DNA of 64,000 nt from positions 9,114,001 through 9,178,000 of the forward strand of contig OX597835.1 in the NCBI GenBank assembly GCA_951406725.2. The letters are read 5' to 3'. Below are positions 12,445-26,954 of this stretch, in pieces. The position numbers and the translations under genes are program-made. Each line of letters opens with the position of its first letter. The first letter of the stretch is position 1. This DNA comes from Octopus vulgaris (taxonomy: Eukaryota). The notes beneath the pieces are model-generated. The model searched no databases. It worked only from the letters and a program-made list of their open reading frames with translations, and was not told the origin of the DNA.

Positions 12445-15005
12445 TACGTAATATGTTACTTTCGTAATATGTCACTTTCATAGTTTCGTATTTAACATAG
12501 TTATCGGTACATTTATTGAACAATACTTTCATTGTTTAGTAATGCGTTACATCCATAGACATAAATGCAATATCAGACAAATAAAAGCAGGTACAGTCTT
12601 GTGATTTATCATCTAATGCAGGCTGGCATATTAATTGAGCTTCGATGTATGTGTAAATTGCAATCCAACTATCAACTCAAGATGTCATTAAACTTTAAAT
12701 TGAGCATACCAAACGCAGTTGGAACTTTAAAAGGTTTCATCGTCTAATTAAACCAATTTAAAATGCGACAATAGAAATACCAAAGCATGGTAGATAGTTA
12801 ATGAAGTATTACAAATGTTCTGCAACTGTCATTAAAGCAACAGTTTAAATTAATTTATAAACGTAAATATCATTATATAATGCATACTTACAATTTCTGT
12901 CTAAATGTTACAATCTCTGTCTGAAAACCACAACAAATGCTAAATGTTGAGGTGAATGATGGATCGTTAAACTATATACTTCGCAAATAGAAATCGATGC
13001 AGTGAAGGTGTGACCTGGAACATAAATAAACGTAGCAAGTAAGAGACAAAGTTTTAAATGGTGTCAATAATTATATTCCTCACATGTAACATGTAACATG
13101 TAGCGCTGTACTGGGGAATATTTCATAACTAGAAATATCTGTCAATATTTCTAGGGCTCTAAAATTAATTAGATCATTAAGTATGTCGGTTTCTGCAGCC
13201 AGGTTCTTGCATACAAGGAGTAAACATATCAAAATGTGTAAGTGATGGAGATATGCGAAATAAATTGTTCACTTTCAGGAAAAAATAATAAACTAACACG
13301 AAAAATTCGCATTAAAAGCTAGTGGGGATCTAAAAATGATATGAACCCGATGAGCATGATGAAGTTATTAATCCCGTTTACAAGTCGGGACAAATACTGG
13401 TATATCTCATGAATATAAGCTAAACGAAGCTACCTATCTGCAGACTATGTGGTTTAGCAATTAATGGTAAAAGGTCTAACAACCGTTTGGCAGGGTTTTA
13501 GTACAAAGACCCCGTAAAGCGTTTCCTTCCTTTCTTGTTGAGTACAGAAATCCTACGCGGGCTGCTCTAGCCCCTTCTCAACTCATCGACTAATGTGTAC
13601 GACAATGAGATGGGAATGTAATGGGGGTCAGGCAGTCACCTTTTCAAGGAGAGAGGGATTATTCTTACTCTAGGTCGCTTATACGCAACGGAAACTAACA
13701 TACATGCACAATAACATACTTACATACATACATGCACACTCGAACGCAAGTGTTCGAACCCTTGTGTATCTTTATGTGTGTGTGTAAGTTTGTTTGCTTG
13801 TTTGTCTGTGTGTGTCTGTGTATGTGTGTGAGCATGCGCGCGCGTGTGTGTAGATAGGTAAATTATTGTTCAATAAATGTGCCGATAACTGTGCTACGTA
13901 GTTTAAACCGACCACTAATAGAAGTGTATGGTGTAGTGGATTAGCGATATTATGACTTTGTTTGTGTTTCGTTACTTTCAAGTTCTCACTCAAGAATCCT
14001 AATATTTATAGACAGAAAGAAAATCTCTTTCAAACTATGACCAGCCTCTTAATAGAAAATTCTTTGCTTATAGAATTTTGAATTCTTTGCTTATTTTCCT
14101 ATTCAAAACTCTACTGACATTTCTTCCTACCTGTCAAATATTCTCTTCAGGCTATGGCTGTATCTACTACCCGGGCCCCTCACACCAAACACTACTTTCA
14201 ATTTTTCCTTTCCAGGTCACAGACTCCATGGAAATCCCTACATATCCACGTATTTCTGGCAGCAAGTGTGGGCTCCCCTCTACAAAGGTAATGTTAACAA
14301 CAATAATCCATTGGAATCGCAGAAGGTGAGTAGTACACAGGCATATTATTCAATTATTGGCTATTTCGACATATAAATACAATCTGTATTATTATCAATG
14401 ATAATAACAATAAAAATAGTATTACTAAAAAACAACCATTGTTGATGCATTACAGAAACAAAAGCTCTAGAATTTATTGTCATCATTTATTCATTTTTTT
14501 AATTCCTCTGAGTTGGCAACAATAAATCTATAGAATTGGTTTTTGCATATAATCACCTAAACCTCTGTCCTAAAATTATGGCGCTTTGTACACATTTTAA
14601 ATCAATATCGTGATAAACAATTCCTGCTCTCATTAGGTATGGAACTTTTGGTTTCGGACAATCTTTTCTGTTCTTTTATTTATTTATCTATATTTATTTA
14701 TTTATTTGCACTGAGGTCTTTTTTTTTTTTTACCGTTTTGTGGTGTTTGCGTTTCGTAATTTTCACTGCAGAATGTTTACATTGAAGACTACCAACGTCA
14801 GACGCATCTGCTACTTTGCCGAATATATCTGAATGTTCGTGCGAGTATTGTATAATATTTATCTGCAGCTGAATTGGTAATTTTTTTAATATTTATTTCT
14901 TGTTTTAATAACTGTCACCAGAAATGCTGAAATCGTGCTTCATCTATGCTGGTTAATTTTGAATATTCAATCTTGTTTTCTTATCTATTCACTGCTCATC
15001 TCCAA

Positions 15006-15642
<637 letters not shown>

Positions 15643-15862
15643 ACGTTATATGCTGCAGTGATTTGTAGATATTTTTGATAATTGAAATGTTGATATCCTG
15701 GGTGATGTTGCATTTCTGGCGATCGCGTTAATATAAGTTGCAGTCAGCCATGCGAGTTCTTTTCAGTAGGAATTAGTTGTAAAATTATATGTGCCTTCTG
15801 AGTGTATGTTTCTATGTGTCAATATGCAAATTTGCGTATGAGGGTGTGTATACATACATACT

Positions 15863-15910
<48 letters not shown>

Positions 15911-15919
15911 AATACATAT

Positions 15920-15961
<42 letters not shown>

Positions 15962-16007
15962 AATTAAAGACAGAAGAAGGAATATACGAGAATATATTAT
16001 TAATCCC

Positions 16008-16108
16008 AACAATTGTTTCGACACATCTAACATCGATTCGTCTTGTGGGACACACAAAAACCTGGTTCATGAGTATCCGGTGGTGCAGACGTATCACGTC
16101 GGTGGATA
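16008..16108 (-). ncRNA. Degenerate hammerhead-like motif with extended stem II
   Basis: Minus strand ccgacgt-gatacgtctgca...tgttagatgtgtc-gaaac-aatt-gtt-gg: stem II pairing, palindromic AAUU loop, GUU triplet; next to (TA)n. Confidence 0.4.
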
Positions 16109-16938
16109 AATAAATATAAAAATCTGGTTAACATGACTGTTCCATAATAGTCTGCTACATTTCGTTTTATAGAGAGAAAAACAACCAGACGGAGGAAAAT
16201 TCTTCATATATATAGAAGATCCAAAAATGATATGGCAGGAGACAAAAAGAGAAACGAACACTTAATGCAGCGAGAAAAGAATTGAAAATGGCTGTTAACC
16301 GATATGGATGTATAAACGCCCTTGGGCAAGCAGCATGGCTCAAGTACACACGCTCATGCAAGCATTAGCAAAAATGGGAGCATAATCACACGCGGGGTTA
16401 GATGCACTCATAATTAGAAAGCGAGTTAGATATTTTGTAGGTGGATGCGTACGTATATGAATGGATTTATGTATACACCTGTACTTGTGTGAGTGTATGT
16501 GCGTCACCGTGTGAGCTATGTGCGCGCGGAGTTGGTGTACGATCGCTGAAAGAGGACTGCAAGTACCGAGTTGTAAGAGTGGGGTTAACGTGAACACAAT
16601 GCTTGTAGATGAATCATACTTGAGAAAATTAAAATATACCGGTTCCATCGACTAAGTTTACGCTAACGTGATAGGTAACGGAGTATCCAAGAAGTGCCTT
16701 CCTACTAATATCAGCCAGATGTAACTTACTGTCTGTGGACTAACGGTTATCATTAAATGCGAAAGTATCCTTGCCTTTCACCAAGATGCAATCAGTCTTG
16801 ATTATAAACACTAAGATAGTCACATGTGCAGGAAATCCTCCCTCCTCTCATATAATTTACCAGCGGTGCAATCTGGACCACGATACAAGATTTGGGGTAT
16901 TTTCTTGGAGAGAACGTATATTATATATAGATACATAA

Positions 16939-17000
<62 letters not shown>

Positions 17001-17024
17001 TATATGTAATACTTTTGATATATA

Positions 17025-17118
17025 TTTAAAAAAATAATATAAGTTGATTAATTTTATGTATTGGCTTATGTTTTTCATTGTTTGATTTGCCTAATAGTGG
17101 TTTTATCTCTAATTTAAT
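17025..17118 (+). mobile_element. (TA)n-embedded repeat, same family as 31396-31485 and 53862-54060 (putative Penelope-like pLTR)
   Basis: tttgcctaatagtggttttatctctaatttaa is the reverse complement of ttaaattagagataaaaccactattaggcaaa in the other two copies. Confidence 0.75.
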
Positions 17119-17218
17119 ATAATATAATATAATATAATATATTTATACTATAAAATTGGATTTAATCCTAAATCTGATTCTTCCCTGTAAGTTTCGTTTA
17201 TTCCCTAATATTTTATTA

Positions 17219-17252
<34 letters not shown>

Positions 17253-19124
17253 AGAGAGAGAGGGAGATAGGTAGATAGATAGATACCATGTTATACAATG
17301 TGTATATGCCATATTTTATATATGCATATATTTATATATATTATGTTAAATTGATATTACATTATATTATTATATTATATTATATATATTATATGGTGTC
17401 TTTATTACGTTATATTATATGTGTGTGTGCATGTATATAATGTATATCTACATCTATATATGTATGTATGTATGTATTTATGTTTGCATGTATGTATGCA
17501 TGTATGTATGTATGTATATGCAACCATGTAGGCACGTATATATTTATCACATTATATTTTTAATATAATTGGGTAGATAGAAATCTGGCAAAGCCACTTT
17601 CATATTGAAAGGTTCCACGCGTATTGGAAAAAGCCAGATGGGATTTTCCCGAACAGAATTAATAGACCGAACATCATGGCAGGTTACACGAGATAGCTGA
17701 ACAGCGAGTTCTCATTTATATGAATCATTTTCATTTAATGTTTAATTTAGGGTTGAACGAATGTGGTGAGATTTTATGTGGCCAATAACTTCCCGATTGG
17801 CTTTAAAAAGCACCTTGTCACGGAGCCTTCAATGTGCAGAGGATGTGATGTGTTTTTAATTTGACAGGTAGTTTCTGATTAAACATGAACCACATCATTC
17901 ATATTTGGCTTGAACGAAATGAGAGATCATAAGGTTTCCTCGATCCTGTTCTATACCGATACAATGATCTTACGTGTTCATCAAGAAAGATAACAAGCAC
18001 CACTATGCTTAAGACTAATTTAAAGTGATGGTTGGTGGAAACCTTGTAAAATGATCGTTTTGGAGGAGAAATAGATAGAGGAATAGGGAATTGTGAAAGT
18101 ATAAGTACAGCAGCATAAAAATGTGTCGGTTTGAAACAAAATAAATTGAAGAAAACTATTTACCATAGGAATACAGTTTTATTAAAAATCTGAAATAGCT
18201 GTGTGGACTTTTAACCTCTTCATATTTTCTGAGGTCATAGACTCACCTTTGTTTTTCCTCTCAAAAATAGAAGTTTTAAGATTTCCTTTACAAGTTGAAC
18301 TAAGGCATAAACTTTGGTTTAGATCGATAGTAAACACAGTACGTATTATTATTATTATTATTATTGCTTCTTTTCTAAAAAGTAATGACGGCCATTTCCC
18401 TTCGGGTTACATATAACGAGGTTTTGTCCTCCCTCCCGAAGAGGCCAACCCCTGATTTTTATTTATTGAAATGAAAATAATCATGAAAAATAATTTTGTG
18501 TGATGGGATTATACATTTGCAGCTATTGCTTACTAAGCTCAATTTCTTCGGTTTAACAATATCCTTAAGATAAATAATTAATCGCTCTGTCCTTTCGTGC
18601 GATAAATAATAGCATCTGTGTATTGGTTTTTCGTGACCAATGTTATCTATCAGTAAATAATCTGTAGGAATAGAAGTTGTGACGCTGAGTCTTTTGTCAT
18701 TAAACACAACTAAGCATTGAATCCCAGTCGCCAAATCTCTTATCCAACAGCCTAGTTAGAGATTTTCTTTACAACGTCACCTTTTACATTATTAATTACT
18801 AGTCAGGTAATTTTACATTCCTTATCTAAAATAAAAGTCAATGGTTTCAGGAGCACGAGATTTGGCATGACATCGAGAAGAATAATATTTATTGTCGATT
18901 ACAAATCAAAATCATGCTATAAATAATTAACGTGTTAGAAATGAATGCTCCGTAGGGAATTAATGTTGTTTTTCAAACGTGAGTGTTCGTTGTATATATT
19001 GCGGCAAAGGTTGCAATGAGGCTGCTATCAGCACGATTTTATAGAAGGGTATTGTGAGAGGAAAAAAAATATCTGTATTACAATCGTGTTGTGAACCTCG
19101 ACAACACAGTTTCGATTCCAGCCT

Positions 19125-19362
19125 GAAAACGGAGAGGGGCTTTCTCCGTCCGGGTTGCGGATCCGTGGAACAAGCTGCCAGACGAGATGGAGAAGATGCC
19201 GACGACCACTTTGTTCAAAGCCTCCCTTGACCTCAAGTGGCCTGAACTCTTTACACGAACACCACCCTGTACTTAACTCCATGTCCCCCTACATGGCCTT
19301 GCTATTTGCTTTTGAGCCAAATTAACTGAGTAACTAACTAACTAACTACCTAAGTAACTAAA
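19125..19362 (+). mobile_element. CR1-like LINE 3' end
   Basis: Translates to FSVRVADPWNKLPDEMEKMPTTTLFKASLDLKWPELF (CR1-type WNxLP C-terminus), followed by a short UTR and a (TAAC)n tail. Confidence 0.8.
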
Positions 19363-20497
19363 TACTTTTTTGTTCACAAGCTTGAGAATCAGAAAATTTG
19401 TTTTTCAAACAGAGATGAAATCACACAGGAAATTTAAATATCAATAAACAGTTCTTTGTTTATTTTGTATTTTGTAGTTATTCAGTCTAGAAGAAAAGAT
19501 ATTCTTCACAACTTTTGCTGACGAAAGATGTAAAGAATAGGTAAAATGTAAACGTAGATAATATTCTGCTCAAACTTCACGAAGGCAGCTATATCGGGAA
19601 AAACATTGGCACAGAAGGGATTTCGATGGGATTAAGTTTTGAATAGTAAAGAGTGGTTATACTGTTTGGTGCGGTACTTTGTGTGACAGGCACACTATCG
19701 ATGATGTGGGGGGTGGTCTGATCAGTGAAACGTGAGTGCTTAGGTGAAATGTGATGACGAGAACGCAAGTCACTTTAGTGACGATATGATATGTATGAAG
19801 GCCACAGTAGAAATCTGTTGGTAAACAAATATAGATGGATAATTTGGATGGACCTTTACTGAATGGGGGTCAGGTTACATTATTGTGCACCAGTAGCAGC
19901 GGCACATACGGGGAAACAGCATCATATACAATTGTAGAACTTATCTACGACAAGTCACACATTCCAACAAGTCACTTAGTTTTTCTGTACCAGACTCAGA
20001 GGTAGTTTTTTATACAAACGAATATTATGACTTCAAGGTGAACCACTCCTGATATACCCAGGTTTCATTTTAACCAACGATATGCATTAATGGACATCGA
20101 GAAAATTAGGAATCTACACCCGGCTAATTGAAAAATGTCCCTACTTATATCAAGTAATCTTTCTTCACTTGCTATAATCACAAGGTACCTAAACAACTAT
20201 AAGCTGCCAAAAATATGCAGTGTTTCAATATCGCACAGTCCTCCGGTATTTAACACCCAATTATATTTTAACAAAATGGTTTCATAAAGACAAAAATACA
20301 TTTTTAAAGCCATATAGTCTTTCAGATCTGATCGGTAGCTGATAGAAAGGAATAACCTCCTATATGTTAAAATTCAAAATCATGACAAATGACTAATTAA
20401 CAATTCCTTGTCCAGGCCCTGGTTTACGGAAACGCTGCTTCATCAAACCATTCGTTTTACACTGGTTGCGGTATCTACATTTTTTAGTATATTATCT

Positions 20498-21422
20498 GCC
20501 TACTGTAGTCACCTAGAAGCAACCTGTGTGTGCATTTGCCACACTCTTCTGATCCTTGCCCTACCTCATCATTTATTTTCCCCTACTCCCTTTTGACACC
20601 TCTTCTTTGGGAATGACATCCTATTCGTGTTTCTTTTGCAGCTATCGGACTACCGAATATCGTTAAAAATAACCTCGGTTATAATTGGAAGAGATCACCT
20701 TCGACGAGTACATTTGGCGGATTTATCATGTGATACGCATATTATTATTTCCTTTCCACCCTCTTCAACATTCAAGTTCAAAAACACCTTTGTCTTCATT
20801 ATTTGTGCCCTATGTTGTAATAAATAATCATTTAAAAATATTTCTATATTCAGATCGAGCAATTTGTTTATATTAAAGACCAAATTTAGCGTGACGACTA
20901 TTATTTGAATTAGAACTTCATTCAATTCCTTCAATGACAGGGGGGAAAATCACGTATTAGTCTATAAAATGGTATTATCTAATAAAAGAAACGTTTTTCG
21001 CCCCATTTGTTTTATTTACACAACCACGAGTTCAAATGCCGCTGACATCAACATTTCATTTGTCCTTCCAAGATCGATAAATTATAGTACATGTTACTCG
21101 ATGTCATCGATTAATACTCACTGCTAGAAATTAGGAGCCTTGTACCTAAACCATTCAGCAATATTTACACAGAAGTACAAATGAAATAAATAGATTTATT
21201 GTAAAGACGGAATGTCGACAATAATACAAATCTGGTTTAGGTTCCGTCTCAAGTCCTTAATGAAGGATTTGAATGAGATCCGACCTCAGGATGTCATTCC
21301 CAAAGAAGAGGTGTGAGTAGGGAGTAGGGGTGTTCATTGTGGGAAAATGAATGATGAGGTAGGGCAAGGATCAGAAAAGTTTGGTAAACAACAATAGCAA
21401 TGATTCTTATGTGAACCAGTAG
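20498..21422. repeat. Diverged inverted repeat pair (about 20498-20622 and 21288-21422)
   Basis: ttctgatccttgccctacctcatcatt and cacctcttctttgggaatgacatcct occur reverse-complemented at 21288-21375. Confidence 0.8.
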
Positions 21423-22475
21423 GGACGGAGCTCTACTCGGTGTGGAAGCCTATTATAAATACCAGTCATCTATCCACCTTTTACACTCGTGGTCCAAAAA
21501 GACAAATAATCTAGCTAATGAATTTCCAGTTATGCAGTCCTTAATTGAGAGACGAAAAGTTCATGCTTGGGACAACCTTGCACAACGAACCACACACATC
21601 ATAACAAACAATTTCAGCACGAACAACTTCCCTTATAGAATTCAAATAAGTCTTACCCTCGCCTTCAAACTGGATCGAACGAAAAGTTCTAAGTATGAAT
21701 TTTGAATTGATCTCAGAGAGTTCTGATTCATTTTCAGCAGCATCGATCGGGTTGGGAATCTCGCATATTCTTTGTTTAGTCGTTCCATTTTACATGATTG
21801 CTTGCTTCCTTTCAATTCAACGACAAACTTAGTGATTTGTATTCTTTAAATTTTCGACTTTAATTAATTTTACGAAACTCTGGCTAACATGTTTCCTTTC
21901 AAACTTTTATATAATGCAATTTTGCAAATACGAAGTATTTGCTAAAGAAATAAAATTGATAATAATAATATTGATAATAAGGATTAACGCGATTGACGAA
22001 TCATGATGATTATTATTATAATGATTGAGAATAAGAAAACCAATTCGAATAATCATAAAATATCTTGTCGATCAGAAGCTACAAAATAATATAAAAAATG
22101 TAAAAATCAACATTTTTTTTTTTCAAGAGTCATTAATTTTCGGAATAAGCAAATGTGTTTCACGCTTCGTCAAACAGATTAAATGAATTAAAACAGATTT
22201 AATCATGCAGCAATTCTTTCAATACATATAATCATCCGACTGGAAATAATTTCTTTTTAAACAGCATATAAATTTTAAACATCAGCATCACAAGGAATAA
22301 TCATACAGCAAAATTCAATGCCAAATTCATCAGCTGCTTTTACAGTACAATAATTTCTGTCTTGTTACAATATTTTCTCCATTTATCTATTTGTTCGTGC
22401 ATCTATCCTAGGAGTGTTTCGCTTTCGCTTTCTTCTGTTGTCTCTGCCCCTCTTACTGAATCTATATATATATAC

Positions 22476-22510
<35 letters not shown>

Positions 22511-22733
22511 TATTGTTGTATTTATTTACGTTAGTGAGGCGCCTGCCTGTGCGATGTCAATGTAACTAAAGATAGCTTCATTATTTTCAATTCGGTATAT
22601 GGGTTTCTCTACAAATATTCCCATTATCTTTGATTCCAATTTGCCGTGATTTCATATGAATATATACATGCACACCTAACTACCTACCTACATACATACA
22701 TCTACACACATACATACACACACGCATAGATAT

Positions 22734-22909
<176 letters not shown>

Positions 22910-23335
22910 CGTGCACGTCTTATTAGGAAATCCGATATTCTTTTCAGTGTAACTATTCTCACGGCAGATATGGAAATTTAAGGCATACTGGAAATATTGG
23001 GATGAGTAAAATTTAAAAGTATTCTTATATCTCATGAATTTACACATCCTCAACTTGTATACGCGTTTCACATTTGATTCCTGAACTGCACACAATAGGA
23101 AGCTTTATATGTAGTTCACTGGAATGGTTTTCATTCTAATGTGATTCAGTGAACCACGGTACATTAGTAATGTTCAATATTTTGGCAATTATATCGACCC
23201 AAGTATTTTTCATTATATTCCTTTCTTTATTTTTCTATATTGCAATCAGACACGGATAAAAAAAAAGATAGGGAGATGCTCTCATGGAAGGTAACGCAAC
23301 TGGACATGAAAATTGCTGGGTGTCTTATGTTTAAA

Positions 23336-23720
23336 CTAGCAGTATCGCCCGGCGTTGCTCAGGTTTGTAAGGGAAATAACTATAAAGCATTTTTAGAGAG
23401 TTATAGCCAAAAAATAGCAAAAAAATGGAAAAAAAATTATGGTAAATTTTTTTTGAAAGTTAAAAAAAGGTGGAGTTGCGTCCCCTAGACGGTCTGTGGT
23501 TTGGGTTTCTAATTCTCGATCCCATGTCGAATTTATCGATTTTTTTCAGAACTGGAGGAACTTTTCAAAATTTTCGCTGCGTTAGTTTTGAATTATGACA
23601 TTGGGCTATGTGTGTGTCAAGTTTCATCAGAATCGGTTGAAAGCCGTGGTCAGAGTGAGGGTACGAGAAAACAGACACACAGAAAACGCACAGACAAACT
23701 GCCGTTTATATAGAGAGAGA
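23336..23720 (-). mobile_element. Non-autonomous Helitron, complete (~385 bp)
   Basis: Minus strand A|TC...CTAG|T termini, subterminal GC-rich hairpin (cctgagcaacgccggg), no TSD; second copy at 55270-55574. Confidence 0.8.
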
Positions 23721-23829
23721 TATATTGCTTTCTACCTTCTCTGATATAATGATATAAACCTTCATGTGCATGCACATACACACACACAAAAACATACACA
23801 TAGACACACATACACTCACACACATATAC

Positions 23830-23877
<48 letters not shown>

Positions 23878-23899
23878 GCACACTCATACGTGCTGACTG

Positions 23900-23949
<50 letters not shown>

Positions 23950-24010
23950 TATATTTGCTTTTAATTCACATGAATTGCTTCAAAAATATTAATTCTTTGA
24001 ACTCTGTGTA

Positions 24011-24888
24011 TAACGTGTAATCAAAAGGTTCCCGGACTAGATTTAATTTTCTTTTGTAAATTTCTTATTTTTCTAAGTTTTACTATAATTTTCTTCGAAA
24101 TAGTCAACTTGCGCCACATTACACAAGTCCCGATGTTCCTGCACTTTTGGAATCCATCCTTGTAATCGTTTTCCGTAAGCGAATCGAGAACCTTCTGCGA
24201 TTCGTTTCGGGTCTCGACAACGATGTTAAAATGATGACGTTGAGCCGCAGTTTCAGCTGAGACGAAAATCGTAGGTGCTGAATGAGGTGGATAGGGCTGG
24301 TATGGAAGCGATACCATGTTTTGACGAAAAACTCAACAGTGAGGCGTGCTTGGTGATAGGGGGCAATGTTGTCGTAAGGAATCGAATACTTCGCGCTTCA
24401 CAGATCTGCTCGATTTAGCCGAATGTCCTCTATCAAAACCCTTCAAAATGTCGTAAGAGAACGAATTCTCAATGCACAATATGGCGGATGGCGAAAGAAC
24501 GATGAGCGTTCTCTCGATTGAGCTGTGGCTCTGTCTTTACTTTTGAAGCGTGCCACTCGAAACATTGCGTGCGACCCATTGCCTCGTCATTGTAAGCATT
24601 CCGAAGCAGGATCAATGTCTCTGAAGCAGACTTCCCAAGTTTAACGCTAAATTTCACGTTGGCTTTTTGTTCCAAATTCCTGCCCATGACCAAAATCGCA
24701 GACCTCAGCATACTCGTAACCACGAAAACACAAATTTCACAACTTGCGAGATAAACACAGCGATGTTACTCGGTACGTTCCCTCATTAAGTTTACTGCTA
24801 GCCCCCACCCTTATTCTGCACGCAACCGTGTGCTGTCATTTGTTGGCCAATAGTAGAATTAGTTCGGAGTTTTAGATACCACCTCGTA
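24011..24888 (-). mobile_element. Decayed mariner element with internal deletions
   Basis: TIR-like ends tacgaggtggtatc / cgtgtaatcaaaaggttcccggactag; MGRNLEQKANVKFSVKLGKSASETL...MGRTQCFEWH HTH; QPYPPHSAPT is a decayed PYSPDLAP motif. Confidence 0.85.
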
Positions 24889-24963
24889 TCATATCTTGAA
24901 CGAAACTTTCTGAGATAAGTCACATTTTGCACGAATTAGATTTCATTCGGGCCACAGTTTGAA

Positions 24964-25350
24964 TGGAAGCACTCCGTCGGTTACGACGACGAGGCTTCCG
25001 GTTGATCCGAATCAACGGAACAGCCTGCTCGTGAAATTAACGTGTAAGTGGCTGAGCACTCCACAGACACGTGTATCCTTAACGTAGTTCTCGGGGATAT
25101 TCAGCGTGACCCACAGAGAGTGACAAGGCCGCCCCTTGGAAATAGAGGTACAACAGAAGCAGGAAGTAAGAGTGAGAGAAAGTTGTGGTGAAAGAGTACA
25201 GCAGGGATCACCACCATCCCCTGCCGGAGATTCGTGGAGCTTTTTAGGTGTTTTCGCTCAATAAACACTCACAACGCCCGGTCTGGGAATCGAAACCGCG
25301 ATCCTATGACCGCGAGTCCGCTGCCCTAACCACTGGGTCATTGCGCCTCC
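24964..25350 (-). mobile_element. Family B SINE, full length
   Basis: Matches 8101-8490; imperfect TSD ccacag(t/g)ttgaatgg at 24952-24966 and 25351-25365. Confidence 0.9.
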
Positions 25351-26356
25351 CCACAGGTTGAATGGTGCATGTTTTACAAGAATATTTACGCTTTGATCCC
25401 TTCACTGTTTTCGTTTTTAAACGCAGTCTGTATCAGATTCAATATGAAGACAATTATATACACATAACTTGTGAACAGATTTTAAATGTTTTAGAATCTC
25501 CTTCATCCTGTCACCTTATGGAGCAAACATGTCTATATTCGTTCGGAGAATATACAGAACCAATGAATAATGATTGGCGATAATGAAATCAAAGAACTGT
25601 ATTAAATTTAAAGTAATGAAATACATAAAGGATTCAATTTAAATGTTTTCTTTCTTCTACTTCATCTTTCATAATTTACTTTCGTGTTTGTTTATCAAGA
25701 AACGTTTGCGATAATTTAACTAGTTTCCGTCTGAAGACTTTAATTAATTCTCCAATAATATCAAGAAGCCATATTATTAAATGAAGAGGATAATATATAT
25801 AAAAGAAAAAAAAAGAAACAAAAAAGTATGAATTACATATATAAATATAAAACAACAACAGCAACAACATATTGGTAAGACATCATAGTAATTTGAAGTT
25901 TTTTTATGTTTAACATAATATGATGATTAAAACAATTTGAAAATCAAATATTAAAGTAGACAGCGTTATAAAAGATATATTCTCTTCTGAATTACTTGAA
26001 GCCAGGGAAAAACTTTCTTACTTAGTTTATAACTGAAAGAAATCTTCCTTTCTTCTTGCTGTATGTCGAATATTATTACTTCTAATATTATTACTTCTAA
26101 CAAGCACTAACCAACGAAGAATGAATCTTAAATACGAGACTGCTTTATTATGCCAGAGATGACGCGGGAACCTATCGTAACCAGTAACAACAGCTATAAC
26201 AAATTGCCATAAACTCATCTCCAAGCATTTTATTTTTGTACTACAATCGTAAAACTCCATTCCATCTCACTCATTAAAGTAATTGCAAGTTATATATTGA
26301 GTGCCAAATGATATAAGTGTGCCGGTAACTGTTGAGCTGGATATGGGTATCATTGA

Positions 26357-26510
<154 letters not shown>

Positions 26511-26521
26511 CTTTCTTTCTT

Positions 26522-26922
26522 TCATTTACTTCTTTCAGTCATTTGACTGCGGCCATGCTGGAGCACCGCCTTTAGACGAGCAATTCGACCCCGGGACTTA
26601 TTCTTTGTAAGCCCAGTACTTATTCTATCGGTCTCTTTTGCCCAAGCGCTAAGTGACGAGGACGTAAACACACCAGCATCGGTTGTCAAGCAATGCTGGG
26701 TGGACAAACACAAATACACACACATACACATACATATATATATATATATATATACATATATACGACAGGCTTCTTTCAGTTTCCGTCTACCAAATCCACT
26801 CATAAGGCATTGGTCGGCCCGGGGCCATAGCAGAAGACACCTGCCCAAGATGCCACGCAGTGGGACTGAACCCGGAACCATGTGGTTGGTTAGCAAGCTA
26901 CTTACCACACAGCCACTCCTGT
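26522..26922 (-). mobile_element. tRNA-derived SINE, family C (head ggagtggctgtgtggtaagtagc) with internal (TA)n/(TG)n
   Basis: A box tggctgtgtggtaag, B box gggttcagtccc, CORE-like cttgggcaggtgtcttc; copies at 46850-47280 and 52388-52846. Confidence 0.88.
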
Positions 26923-26954
26923 ATATATATATATATAATTATATATATATTAAT

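Noticed and set aside
17580-18050. Possible decayed LINE 3' region on the minus strand
   Set aside because: Only vague resemblance; no motif I can state with confidence
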